Positions 1 through 8,507 of a stretch of 46,481 nucleotides of DNA are shown here, piece after piece. The notes under the pieces were generated by a model. That model was not told the DNA's origin. It worked only from the letters and a program-made list of their open reading frames with translations, and did no database searches. This DNA is from Methanomassiliicoccus sp. (GTDB lineage: Archaea > Thermoplasmatota > Thermoplasmata > Methanomassiliicoccales > UBA472): NCBI GenBank assembly GCA_004525545.1, contig SPCU01000002.1, forward strand, positions 1-46,481, in the 5' to 3' direction. A program made the position numbers and the translations under genes. Every line of letters begins with the position of its first letter. Position 1 is the first letter of the stretch.

Positions 1-111
1 GATTATGGTTACGCCCAGAGGGCGATTCATCCCTTCCATGGGATTAAATTAATTTCATCATTAATAATATTTTCTAATAATAGATATGTCTGGATTTTAT
101 GATAGGACACC

Positions 112-1521
112 TTAGCAAAATTCCAGGGTCTTCTGGAAACGCAATTCTTCCCCAGCGATCTTCGTTGGGTACTTACCGTTGATACACGCCATGCACAGTT
201 CCGACTCCGATATCCCCAGAGCCCTTACCAGTCCTTCTTGACTGAGATAACCGACCGAATCGGCGGTGATGATCTCGGCTATCTGCTCCGAGGTACGGTT
301 GAGGGCGGCGAACTGCTCTCTGGTCTTCATATCGATACCATAGAAGCAAGGGGCGATGATCGGAGGACAACCGATGCGCACGTGGACCTCTTTGGCACCA
401 GCGCGGCGGGTCATCTGCACGATCTTCCTCATGGTCGTTCCGCGAACGATGGAGTCATCCACGATGACCACCTTCTTCCCTTCCATGGTGGAGCGTATGG
501 GGTTCAGCTTGAGCAGAACACCCTCGTCCCTCTGTGATTGGTCGGGCATTATGAAGGTCCTCTCAATGTATCGGTTCTTCATGAACCCCTCAGCGTAAGG
601 TATGCCGGAGGCTTCAGCGTATCCAAGGGCGTGAGCGCGCCCGGAGTCCGGTACCGGCACGACCACGTCGGCCACTGCAGGTTTCTCTTCGGACAGGATA
701 TGTCCGATGTTCAGGCGCACCTGGTATACCTCCTTGCCTTCTATGATCGCGTCCGGGCGGGCGAAATAGACCCACTCGAACATGCAATGGGCGGTATGGG
801 GTGAGGCGGGGGTCCGAGTGGACGTTATCGATGTGGGGCTGATCTCCACTATCTCCCCCGGGAGGATGTCCCTGATGAAATCCCCGTTGGTGATCTCAAA
901 GATGGAACTTTCAGATGCTATTGCGTAGCCACCTGGTATTTTGCCCACACAGAGGGGGCGGAACCCAAGGGGGTCTCGGAAGCCGAACACCCTGCTACCC
1001 AGCATCAATGTGATGGAGTATGATCCCTCCAAAGATTTCATCACCGTCTTTATGGCCCGGATGGGGTCTGGATTGATCGACAGCTCTGTGGCCATCATGC
1101 GTATGATGATCTCAGAGTCCGTAGACGTCAAGAAGGCCCATCCCTCCGCCTGCAGACGGTTGCGTATAGAGTTGGCGTTGACCAGATCCCCATTGTGCGC
1201 CAATGCTAGATCTCCGGCCATGGTGGTGACGACAATCGGCTGGCAATTCTCGGCGCAGGATGAGCCTGTCGTCGAGTATCGCACGTGGCCGATGCCACCT
1301 GTGCCTGACAGAGCGCTGTAGGCGCGACCGGTCAGTACCTCGTGCACCAAGCCCATGCCGCGGTGATATGAAATGGAGCGGCCGTTAAAAACAGCAATGC
1401 CAGCGGCCTCTTGTCCGCGGTGTTGGATGACCCTTAATGCTTTCTTGAGATTGGGTACGGCATCGCCATCCAGGGCCATGCCCACTACGCCACAGAAATG
1501 TTTCGGCCGGTCATCCTCCAA
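112..1521 (-). CDS. purF: amidophosphoribosyltransferase (glutamine-PRPP amidotransferase)
   Basis: 469-aa ORF. Short propeptide then catalytic Cys (HFCGVVGM), PRPP loop VVIVDDSIVRGTT, and C-terminal Cys ligands (CPPIIAPCFYGID) typical of Fe-S PurF. Confidence 0.93.
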   Translation of the reverse strand: MEDDRPKHFCGVVGMALDGDAVPNLKKALRVIQHRGQEAAGIAVFNGRSISYHRGMGLVHEVLTGRAYSALSGTGGIGHVRYSTTGSSCAENCQPIVVTTMAGDLALAHNGDLVNANSIRNRLQAEGWAFLTSTDSEIIIRMMATELSINPDPIRAIKTVMKSLEGSYSITLMLGSRVFGFRDPLGFRPLCVGKIPGGYAIASESSIFEITNGDFIRDILPGEIVEISPTSITSTRTPASPHTAHCMFEWVYFARPDAIIEGKEVYQVRLNIGHILSEEKPAVADVVVPVPDSGRAHALGYAEASGIPYAEGFMKNRYIERTFIMPDQSQRDEGVLLKLNPIRSTMEGKKVVIVDDSIVRGTTMRKIVQMTRRAGAKEVHVRIGCPPIIAPCFYGIDMKTREQFAALNRTSEQIAEIITADSVGYLSQEGLVRALGISESELCMACINGKYPTKIAGEELRFQKTLEFC

Positions 1522-1537
1522 AGGATTACCTCGACAA

Positions 1538-1705
1538 TTAATGAGACTTCGCCCAATTATAAGTTCTCATGGTAGCGGTCTTGCCATATCCACAGGAGGC
1601 ACAGAACGACGCCCTAATGTTGTATGCCCTCTTTCCGCACCTGCGGCAGGGGACGTGCGTCTTACGGTCTCCCATCTTACCATGTGCTGCCGTGCCTTTC
1701 GTCAT
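1538..1705 (-). CDS. rpl37e: 50S ribosomal protein L37e
   Basis: Not in the ORF track (55 aa). Manual translation of the minus strand gives MTKGTAAHGKMGDRKTHVPCRRCGKRAYNIRASFCASCGYGKTATMRTYNWAKSH. This is a C4 zinc ribbon (CRRC...CASC) with a basic composition. ATG at 1705-1703, TAA at 1540-1538. A GAGGT Shine-Dalgarno-like element lies just upstream, 9 nt after the LSm stop. LSm-L37e is a conserved archaeal gene pair. Confidence 0.88.
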   Translation of the reverse strand: MTKGTAAHGKMGDRKTHVPCRRCGKRAYNIRASFCASCGYGKTATMRTYNWAKSH

Positions 1706-1714
1706 AAGAATACC

Positions 1715-1933
1715 TCAGGGTGAAATGTAAATTACGTTGTCTCCGCGGACAATGGCAACAGTGAGCTTGCGTACAACCTCGTTGTTGATGAGCTCATCAG
1801 CGTTCTTCAGCACCAGGTTCATGTGGGGATCGTATCCGTCCAGGACCCCGCGGTATTCCCGGTTGCCCTTCAACGTGACGATGACTTGGTTGTTGATCGC
1901 CGAGTTGAGGACGTTCAGAGGTTTCTGCATCAC
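1715..1933 (-). CDS. lsm: Sm-like (LSm) archaeal RNA-binding protein
   Basis: 72 aa. Sm1/Sm2 motifs are present ([26 protein letters not shown] ... [11 protein letters not shown]). AGGTGA RBS lies upstream. Confidence 0.92.
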   Translation of the reverse strand: MMQKPLNVLNSAINNQVIVTLKGNREYRGVLDGYDPHMNLVLKNADELINNEVVRKLTVAIVRGDNVIYISP

Positions 1934-2010
1934 TCAAATCACCTAATGGGTCGAATGAGCGTTCAGTATATGAAGTTTTTGCGTTTCCGATATTCGTTCC
2001 GAACATCCAG

Positions 2011-3141
2011 TTAGATGAAGGCCCCCAAGGTGGGAGCGTCTAGTCGGTCCATGTCGTAAAAGATTATGCCTTCCCGCATCCACTCCCCGTCCTTGGACCC
2101 TGGGAAGAAGGCGGCTATCAGGGCTGAACGCCACAGTAGGTCCAATACGGACGTGGAGAGCACCCCAGCGTAAACGTTGGGCCAGGGATCCTCGTAATCG
2201 TACTCGTCCATCAGATAGAACGCATATCCCATGAAACTATCCCGATTATTGAGTATCTTAAGATAATCGCGCAGCACAAGGCGGTCTTTGCCCTCGGGTT
2301 GGCGGAGCTTGATCTCATTTATGGGCATCTCTCCTACTTTGCGCACGTCTCCCTCGACGTCCATCAGATGCCTTTCCACGCTCTGCCCTTCGATCCGGAA
2401 CAGATTCCAACTGCCATCCCGGGCGCAGTAGACCGGCGCCTGGAAGAGCTCGTCCGCCGCCAGAGAGCCAGTTACCATCTCCAGGGCAGACTGGGTCAGC
2501 TCTTTCATGGTGTTGCCTTCGAGCAATGGCTTGGCCTTGAGATCTGATATGGAAAGCTCATCTTCCTCCACGCTTCCCTCTAGCAGAGAGGCGATCAAAC
2601 GCAGATCGATCAGTTCGTCCAGGCGGGCGTTGATCTGGGAGCGTGCCTTGGGCACATCGACGTCCAGACCTGCGTCGGAGCAATTATGATTGAATTCGCG
2701 GTAGACTGGCGTGGCCTCCCGTAAGGCCTTTCGGATGGCCGCGTCGTTCTGCTGGACGATGAGAATGCCTTCGCTGATGGCCTCATCGCCCTGATCGAGC
2801 CAAACACCGCGGCAACTAAGGTCCAATTCCACCTGGACACGGCTTCCAACATGTATGTGGAAGGGGAACTGGCGGCAGAAATGAGGGCGATGCGCGTACA
2901 CCTGGCATTTCCCCTGCTCCAGGAAGGAACAGGACCCTTGTCCCTTTTTCAGTGCAAGGGCGTAATGCCGGTGAGGCTCCTTCTTCATCACCAAACGGTC
3001 GGGGTGGTTCTTCTTGAAATAATCGACCTCGTCCCCCAGGCATTCTGGCTGGCATAGACAGCACAGCTTGCAGGGGTCCTGACATATGAAACGGCGTCCC
3101 TCCAGTTCGCTCAGGTCCAGCGAGTATGGCACCTTAAACAT
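2011..3141 (-). CDS. YkgJ/UPF0153-type Cys-rich (CxxCxxCC) putative Fe-S or Zn protein, long form
   Basis: The ORF runs to 3159, but the ATG at 3141 lies 2 nt after the pyrC stop and is the more likely start. Cys cluster ICQDPCKLCCLCQPEC plus CSFLEQGKCQVYAHRPHFCRQFPF resembles the YkgJ zinc/iron-chelating domain. The C-terminal ~250 aa are unassigned. Confidence 0.6.
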   Translation of the reverse strand: MFKVPYSLDLSELEGRRFICQDPCKLCCLCQPECLGDEVDYFKKNHPDRLVMKKEPHRHYALALKKGQGSCSFLEQGKCQVYAHRPHFCRQFPFHIHVGSRVQVELDLSCRGVWLDQGDEAISEGILIVQQNDAAIRKALREATPVYREFNHNCSDAGLDVDVPKARSQINARLDELIDLRLIASLLEGSVEEDELSISDLKAKPLLEGNTMKELTQSALEMVTGSLAADELFQAPVYCARDGSWNLFRIEGQSVERHLMDVEGDVRKVGEMPINEIKLRQPEGKDRLVLRDYLKILNNRDSFMGYAFYLMDEYDYEDPWPNVYAGVLSTSVLDLLWRSALIAAFFPGSKDGEWMREGIIFYDMDRLDAPTLGAFI

Positions 3142-4384
3142 GGGACACCTCCCTTCCACACCTTTCGTTCATGATCGTACCGTCCCTTAGCATCATCCTT
3201 CCCCGCAGGAACACCGCCTGGGGGAATATCGCTTCCTTTCCTTCGAAAGGGGTCCAACCGCACTTACTATGCAGTTCTCTAGCGCTTATTTTCCTTATAT
3301 CCCTGGGATCGATCACGACGAAGTCGGCATCCCGTCCCTCGGCTATCTCTCCTTTGTTCAGACCGAACGTCTTGGCCGGGGTCATCGAAGCGGCCTTGAG
3401 CAAAGTGTCCAATGACATATGACCCCTCTTGACCAACGCCAACATCATACTGAATCCGGTTTCTACGCCTGGCAGACCAGAGGGCGCCTCTCCAAAGCCT
3501 CGTTCCTTCTCTTCAGGTGCGTGAGGGGCGTGATCTGTGGCTAGCATTGGGACCTCGCCTTTACAGAAGGCGGTGAACAGCGCCTCGCGGTCTCCTCTTC
3601 GTCGAAGCGGAGGATTGACCTTGCCCCAAGCTCCGAGGTCCATACTGGAATCCAATAACATGTGATGAGGTGTGACCTCAAAGGTCGTTCGGCTACCTTT
3701 CAGTAGATCCAGCGATTCGGGGCAGCTGACATGGCAGACATTGAGGCGAGCCTTGTCCTGGTAGGTCAACAGACGCTCTATCGCCCTAAGCTCTGCCCCC
3801 CTAGGCCTGCATTCTTCGTGGTCACGGAGAAACCTTTCGTCCTTTTGCAGGAGCATGTCGTCCTCTTCGGCGTGCACGCTGACAACCTTATCAGTACTGC
3901 CGGCGGATACCAGCGCCTCGGCCAGATCCGTTTCCTCGCGCATCAGTACGCTTTGGGTGGATGAACCCATGAATATCTTGAAAGCATGACAATTGGACAG
4001 TCCCTCGATATCTTTCCCGGGGGATAGACAGGCGAACAGCCCATAGTCCACCCAGGATCGACCGAGGATCCGCTCTCTTTTCTCCCTGAGGGATTCCGCG
4101 TCAACTACCGGCGGCACAGTGTTTGGCATTTCCAAAACGCAAGTGACCCCGCCGAATAGAGCGGAAAGGGAACCTGAGAGAAAGTCCTCCTTATTGGTAA
4201 GTCCTGGCTCTCTGAAGTGTACATGTGGGTCCACTGCTCCAGGCAGGATGAGCCGATCGCCGAAATCGTAATGCTCCTCGCCTTCAAGCGCTTTTTTAAC
4301 ACTAACGATGAGGCCGTCCTCATACCCCACGCAGGCCTTTTGCAGTCTTCCTTGATAGAAGACCCTGCCCTCGACTACGTCCAT
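3134..4384 (-). CDS. pyrC: dihydroorotase (cyclic amidohydrolase family)
   Basis: Metal-binding motif DPHVHFREPG and later ATDHAPH; length matches the family. The track ORF extends to 4450. I prefer the ATG at 4384 (MDVVEGRVF...), which begins just after the upstream gene ends at 4389. Confidence 0.85.
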   Translation of the reverse strand: MDVVEGRVFYQGRLQKACVGYEDGLIVSVKKALEGEEHYDFGDRLILPGAVDPHVHFREPGLTNKEDFLSGSLSALFGGVTCVLEMPNTVPPVVDAESLREKRERILGRSWVDYGLFACLSPGKDIEGLSNCHAFKIFMGSSTQSVLMREETDLAEALVSAGSTDKVVSVHAEEDDMLLQKDERFLRDHEECRPRGAELRAIERLLTYQDKARLNVCHVSCPESLDLLKGSRTTFEVTPHHMLLDSSMDLGAWGKVNPPLRRRGDREALFTAFCKGEVPMLATDHAPHAPEEKERGFGEAPSGLPGVETGFSMMLALVKRGHMSLDTLLKAASMTPAKTFGLNKGEIAEGRDADFVVIDPRDIRKISARELHSKCGWTPFEGKEAIFPQAVFLRGRMMLRDGTIMNERCGREVSHV

Positions 4385-4388
4385 GCAA

Positions 4389-4982
4389 TCATTGGGTACG
4401 AGACCGGAGTATTTGACCGTATGGCGACTCCTCGTGGAAGACCTCGGCATGGAATACCAGTATCTTGGTCAGCTGGTCCAGCCACATGTCCTGGGTCAGC
4501 CCGGCCTTGATGCAAGCCTGCTCCAGAAAGGTGTTGGCGTCCCATTTCCACTCGATCGGGACCTGGGGTAATAACAATCCTCGATTGAGTCCCCTCTCCA
4601 CGATCAACCCGTCCCGTCCAATGACGATGTTTCCGGGCATGTCCTTTCTGGGCTCGATCTTCAATTCCTCCGGGGGCGTCAGCACACTGACCTCCACTAC
4701 GACATCGTCCAGTTCTTCAGCCCTAAGAATGGGGAAGCGTGGATCATGGCAGGCCCCTTGGGCAGCCCTCAGAATGGCCTCGGCCATGGGAAAATTGGGT
4801 TCGGGATAACCTATACACCCTCTCAGCTCCTCTCCCGGGAAGGTCTTCAGGGTGACAAAGGCCCCGCTCTTCTGGCGGAAACTGTCCGGGACGTCGAACG
4901 TGTCTATGTCCAGGTCCCTGGTCTCGGCATCAACCCCTCGGCGGGCTAGTTTAACTGCGATAATGCCCTCTTGGTCCTTCAT
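4389..4982 (-). CDS. AMMECR1-domain protein
   Basis: Signature LRGCIGYPEP, plus a conserved C-terminal half (GLIVERG..RGLLLPQV). The internal ATG at 4982 (MKDQEGIIAVKLAR) is preferred over the track start at 5009. Confidence 0.85.
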   Translation of the reverse strand: MKDQEGIIAVKLARRGVDAETRDLDIDTFDVPDSFRQKSGAFVTLKTFPGEELRGCIGYPEPNFPMAEAILRAAQGACHDPRFPILRAEELDDVVVEVSVLTPPEELKIEPRKDMPGNIVIGRDGLIVERGLNRGLLLPQVPIEWKWDANTFLEQACIKAGLTQDMWLDQLTKILVFHAEVFHEESPYGQILRSRTQ

Positions 4983-5108
4983 ACCGATACCAGACTGATA
5001 GGAATACATCTTTTACATATAACTATTGATAACATACCTCATTTTGTCCATTCATCCCTGGGCCAGTTTCAGGAAAGATATTTAGCGCCGTATCTCCAAG
5101 TACACATT

Positions 5109-5672
5109 ATGCAGGCCGAGGAGGTAAGGGATATACTGGTTCAGGAGATCATGTCCAGCAGCCCCAGCACTGGGCGGCCTGACATGACCGTGAAGGATGC
5201 AGCGTTCCTAATGCTCCATGAGGGCGTGGGTAGCTTAGTGATATTGGAGCATGGGGAGCCAGTAGGTATTTTGACCGAACGGGATATCTTATACAAGGTG
5301 GTGGCGGAGGGTGAGTTGCCTTCCCGGATCAAGGTCGAGAATATCATGTCCTCCCCGGTCATCACCGTGTCCCCGGATTCCAGCGTTGCGGTGGCCGCCA
5401 AGCGTATGTCTGACCTGCACTTGCGGCGACTGCCTGTGGTGGAAAAGGGCAAGCTCATAGGCATGTTGACCGAGAAGGACGTGCTCCGCCTTTCACCCTC
5501 CCTGATCGCACTTACAAGAGAATGGGGCATACTAGGTGTCGGAAAAGGAGTGGAGATCAAAGAACCGGGCAGTGTGTCTGGGTATTGTGAGGACTGCGAG
5601 TCCTATTCCATCAACCTACAGCTGGAGAACGGCATCCTGCTATGCCATGACTGTAGGGAAGAACAGACCTGA
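5109..5672 (+). CDS. CBS-domain pair protein with C-terminal zinc ribbon
   Basis: Two CBS repeats (VGILTERDILYKV; LIGMLTEKDVLRL), then CEDCESYS...LLCHDC. The track ORF starts at 4971 inside the divergent promoter region, so the ATG at 5109 is preferred. Confidence 0.8.
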   Translation: MQAEEVRDILVQEIMSSSPSTGRPDMTVKDAAFLMLHEGVGSLVILEHGEPVGILTERDILYKVVAEGELPSRIKVENIMSSPVITVSPDSSVAVAAKRMSDLHLRRLPVVEKGKLIGMLTEKDVLRLSPSLIALTREWGILGVGKGVEIKEPGSVSGYCEDCESYSINLQLENGILLCHDCREEQT

Positions 5673-5673
5673 T

Positions 5674-5982
5674 TCAGTCCAGGTCGATCTTTCTCAGGCG
5701 GGGGGCGGGAGCTTCTGCCTTCCCCTCCATATCTTTCAGCTGGGTGTCGATGAAGGAACGGAACAGTAACAGGGTCTCCTTCTTGATGTTGTTGTAATGC
5801 TCCTTGACCTCTGGAGGCATGGCGTTACGTGGCATCAGGGTGTCCATGGCCATTAGGAACTCCGTTCCGGACTTCATCAGATGAACAACGGTGTCCTGTT
5901 TCAGATGTCCAGTGCCCATGCTCTTGGATTGGCGGGACCTTGCCTGTGGCTCGCTCTCGGATGGATCGTTCTTGGTGGTCAT
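5674..5982 (-). CDS. hypothetical small protein coupled to the ArsA/Get3-like ATPase
   Basis: About 102 aa with no family recognised. It starts 12 nt after the arsA-like stop, with GTGAGGG as an RBS. A TTG at 5988 is an alternative start. Confidence 0.5.
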   Translation of the reverse strand: MTTKNDPSESEPQARSRQSKSMGTGHLKQDTVVHLMKSGTEFLMAMDTLMPRNAMPPEVKEHYNNIKKETLLLFRSFIDTQLKDMEGKAEAPAPRLRKIDLD

Positions 5983-5994
5983 ATCCAATATCCC

Positions 5995-7176
5995 TCACTT
6001 GAAGCTGATGAGCAGCCGGCCGTCCTTGAACTCCGCCTTGTGCGCTTCTTTTTGTACCAAGGAGTAAGGCAAAGCGACCGAACGCTTATACCAGCCAACC
6101 TTGACGATTAGGACATCGTTCGTTTTATATAACTCTACCTCATCCTTACTGGAGAAGGGCAATTTTAGGGCCATCATGTCCACCCCGTTCTTGGAGAATA
6201 TCTCCATGCTCTTCTCGGTAGTGAAGACGATGGCAGGATCTATGTCTCCGAACAACTGTTCCGCCAGCACTTCAAGCGACCTTTGCCCCACCACCTCGGT
6301 GGTGGACTGATATGCCTTCAGCATTTTCAATGGAGAGAAAGATTCCTCAATAAGCTCCATGTATCGCGACTGCTCCTCGTACTTGGCCTGCGGATAATGG
6401 TCCCGCATTTCTTCCGGCAGTAACCGGTTGATGACCATGCATTCCACGGTCAGGTTGTAGAGAGAAAGGTAGGTGTAGGCACGCTTGGTTTCGTTGATCA
6501 CCATCTTTTCCGGATTGACCACCAGCCGCACCGATGTCATCTGGGAGTCCTGCAGTATTATGCGTACCTCCTTCATGCGGTCCCTGATCTGGTCCAGGTC
6601 GTCCAAGAAGGCATTTGATGGCATTGGGGTGCTCATGACCTTGCCCACGGTGGCACGGGCGAGCTTCACCGTGTTCTTGAACATCTTATACATCTTGTCA
6701 AAGTACCAATCGGCGGTGTCTGGGAAGCTTAGTAGGCGTAGCGTCTCGGCCGTAGGCGCCGTATCCATGACCACCACATCGTACTTCCCGCTGATCTTGA
6801 ACTCCTCGATGTAGAACAGGGCGGACATCAGCTCCATACCAGGCCACACGGTCATCTCCTTTGCCGAGATAGGGTCCATACCTTGCGACTCCATGAAGTC
6901 CGAGAGGTACTGCCCGATCTCCTTCCAACGGGTCTCCATCTCGTGTATGACATCAACCTCGATGGCATCCAGGTTAGGCAAGATGTTCTTGATATCACCA
7001 GTTAGCGGCATGTCCAATGAATCGGCCAGCGAATGAGCCGAATCGGTGCTGATGACGATGGTTCGATGCCCCAGTTTAGCACAACGCAGGGCGGTAGCCG
7101 CAGAGACCGAAGTTTTGCCAACGCCACCCTTGCCAGTATAAATTAATACCCTCAGTCTCTCACCGAAAGGAACCAA
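5995..7176 (-). CDS. ArsA/GET3-family ATPase with C-terminal HSP20/alpha-crystallin-like domain
   Basis: Deviant Walker A (YTGKGGVGKTSVSAA) and STDSAHSL are present. The C-terminal ~70 aa (VELYKTNDVLIVKVGWYKRSVALP...AEFKDGRLLISFK) resemble the ArsA-associated HSP20-like domain. The start codon is TTG. Confidence 0.85.
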   Translation of the reverse strand: MVPFGERLRVLIYTGKGGVGKTSVSAATALRCAKLGHRTIVISTDSAHSLADSLDMPLTGDIKNILPNLDAIEVDVIHEMETRWKEIGQYLSDFMESQGMDPISAKEMTVWPGMELMSALFYIEEFKISGKYDVVVMDTAPTAETLRLLSFPDTADWYFDKMYKMFKNTVKLARATVGKVMSTPMPSNAFLDDLDQIRDRMKEVRIILQDSQMTSVRLVVNPEKMVINETKRAYTYLSLYNLTVECMVINRLLPEEMRDHYPQAKYEEQSRYMELIEESFSPLKMLKAYQSTTEVVGQRSLEVLAEQLFGDIDPAIVFTTEKSMEIFSKNGVDMMALKLPFSSKDEVELYKTNDVLIVKVGWYKRSVALPYSLVQKEAHKAEFKDGRLLISFK

Positions 7177-7223
7177 GAAAGTCGGTCATACTTGAATAAT
7201 TGCATTCTAAACGATAGAGATGA

Positions 7224-7238
7224 GTATAAAAAATAAGA
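7224..7238 (-). terminator. oligo-T tract after the tRNA; may double as a TATA-like element for the arsA-like gene
   Basis: The minus strand reads CTTATTTTTTATAC immediately 3' of the tRNA and ~50 nt upstream of the arsA-like TTG start. Confidence 0.45.
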
Positions 7239-7243
7239 GGGAG

Positions 7244-7352
7244 TGCCGGGGAGGGGGTTCGAACCCCTGACCTTCGGATTTCCCTGGAGAGGGTCTTGAT
7301 TTGCTCCTAATCCCTATGAGTCCGACGCTCCACCAGGCTGAGCCACCCCGGC
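7244..7352 (-). tRNA. tRNA with CAU anticodon (elongator Met, or Ile2) containing a ~35-nt intron at the canonical 37/38 position
   Basis: The minus strand reads GCCGGGGTGGCTCAGCCTGGTGGAGCGTCGGACTCATA[GGGATTAGGAGCAAATCAAGACCCTCTCCAGGGAA]ATCCGAAGGTCAGGGGTTCGAACCCCCTCCCCGGCA. The acceptor stem (GCCGGGG/CCCCGGC), anticodon stem (TCGGA/TCCGA) and T arm (AGGGG-TTCGAAC-CCCCT) all pair. The G1:C72 acceptor end argues against an initiator. No CCA is encoded. Confidence 0.88.
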
Positions 7353-7367
7353 ATTCGGGGAAATGGT

Positions 7368-8096
7368 TTACTGCTCTGGCTCGGCTGCGACCTCTTCCAC
7401 AGGCTCTCCCACAGGCTCTTCCACAAGGTCGGGCTCGGGGATAGGTTCAGGGACGGGCTCGGGGGCGAAGACCGGCTGGTCTTGGGGCTCTGAGCCCATC
7501 TCCAATACCTCGGTCTTGCGTATCTCGACCCTCTTGATGGGCACAATGACCTTACAGACAGTTCCCAGCCTGCGGGCCATTTCACCGTCGATTATGGCCT
7601 TGACGATCTCGGAGATGGTCTTTTCGTCGCCCATCTTCCGCATCTCATCGTCCATAATTCTCCTGAGGGCGGTCTCCTGCGAAGACTGGATACGCTTATC
7701 GGTGATGCTCATAGGCTTCACCCTGATCAGGTATCCATCCTTAGTGCGGACATCGATGACATGATCGGTCTTGGTCCGCTTTCTGCGGGTCAACCGACGG
7801 ATGTAATCACTGGTCAGATCCTGACCGATGAACACTGTGTGTACATCGAAACCAGTGACGTCCATAACTTTGAACTTAAGCTTGACATGCATCTTGGAGA
7901 AGTCGCCGTTTATATCGTGAACGGTTGCCTCGGTGGTCCTGCCGATCAGATTGGTCGAATCAGCACTGGGGGTTTCGCCCAGCTGGGCCTGGTTGAACAT
8001 GCGGGGAGCGTATATCTTATACCACTCCTTGGCCTTCCACCGGTCCTTGACCTTCCTTGAGGCGGCCTTCGTAGACGCTTTTTTTGTAGCAGCCAA
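7368..8096 (-). CDS. rps3ae: 30S ribosomal protein S3Ae (eS1) with an acidic Pro/Glu-rich C-terminal tail
   Basis: N-terminus KVKDRWKAKEWYKIYAPRMF and body DFSKMHVKLKFKV are typical of S3Ae. TTG start with a GGAGG RBS 7 nt upstream. Confidence 0.92.
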   Translation of the reverse strand: MAATKKASTKAASRKVKDRWKAKEWYKIYAPRMFNQAQLGETPSADSTNLIGRTTEATVHDINGDFSKMHVKLKFKVMDVTGFDVHTVFIGQDLTSDYIRRLTRRKRTKTDHVIDVRTKDGYLIRVKPMSITDKRIQSSQETALRRIMDDEMRKMGDEKTISEIVKAIIDGEMARRLGTVCKVIVPIKRVEIRKTEVLEMGSEPQDQPVFAPEPVPEPIPEPDLVEEPVGEPVEEVAAEPEQ

Positions 8097-8213
8097 TTAA
8101 TAGCCTCCAATCGTGAGATGGTCTCGGAAACGGGTAACCCTATTAATAAGTTTTCTATTGTTCGAAAGAATCACGACCTATCACTGGACCAAAGGAAAAA
8201 GGAATGAAGGGGT

Positions 8214-8498
8214 TTATTGTGGAACCATCTCCTGCAGCACCCGCTGCAGGGATACTTTGCTCACCTGGTCGGCCTGAACGCCTTGTTGCGACAGTTTTAC
8301 CTCCAGGTCCTCATAGCAGCACAGGTCGCTGAGGAAGAGGGGTATGTAGGAGGAGGTGCCCACCACGTTGAGCACCGCGATCCTTTCCCCTTTCTTCATC
8401 TGATGCCCGTCGTGGGCCGCCTGGTACTTGACGAAGCCTTCTAGCTCGTCAGGGATCTCCTCTGGAGTGTAAACTCCCACTAGGTGAGCTTGGTCCAA
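8214..8498 (-). CDS. hypothetical 94-aa protein, last gene of the hdrCB operon
   Basis: TTG start 9 nt after the hdrB stop, with an RBS overlapping that stop. No family recognised. Contains a CC pair (LSDLCCYEDL). Confidence 0.5.
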   Translation of the reverse strand: MDQAHLVGVYTPEEIPDELEGFVKYQAAHDGHQMKKGERIAVLNVVGTSSYIPLFLSDLCCYEDLEVKLSQQGVQADQVSKVSLQRVLQEMVPQ

Positions 8499-8507
8499 GT
8501 CAAAACC

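Noticed and set aside
238-1321. Multiple + strand ORFs (238-537, 356-598, 538-804, 941-1321) inside purF. Similar antisense or alternate-frame ORFs occur throughout the track, for example 10374-10778, 17846-18349, 18821-19693, 21006-21725, 22429-22925 and 38293-38997.
   Set aside because: They lie entirely within, or opposite to, ORFs with clear family signatures. They have Arg/Ser/Pro/Gly-rich low-information translations typical of shadow ORFs in GC-rich coding DNA, and they lack RBS or promoter context.
3134-5009. Long N-terminal extensions in the track for pyrC (to 4450), the AMMECR1 gene (to 5009), the YkgJ-like gene (to 3159), the CBS gene (from 4971), trmO (from 34141) and the membrane Zn-ribbon gene (to 39371).
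   Set aside because: The extensions overlap neighbouring genes or promoter DNA and translate to non-conserved Arg/Ser-rich sequence. Internal starts placed right after the upstream stop give canonical N-termini.
7282-7316. Possibility that the tRNA intron encodes a C/D-box guide RNA, as in some archaeal pre-tRNAs.
   Set aside because: No UGAUGA or CUGA boxes occur within the ~35-nt intron, and it is too short.
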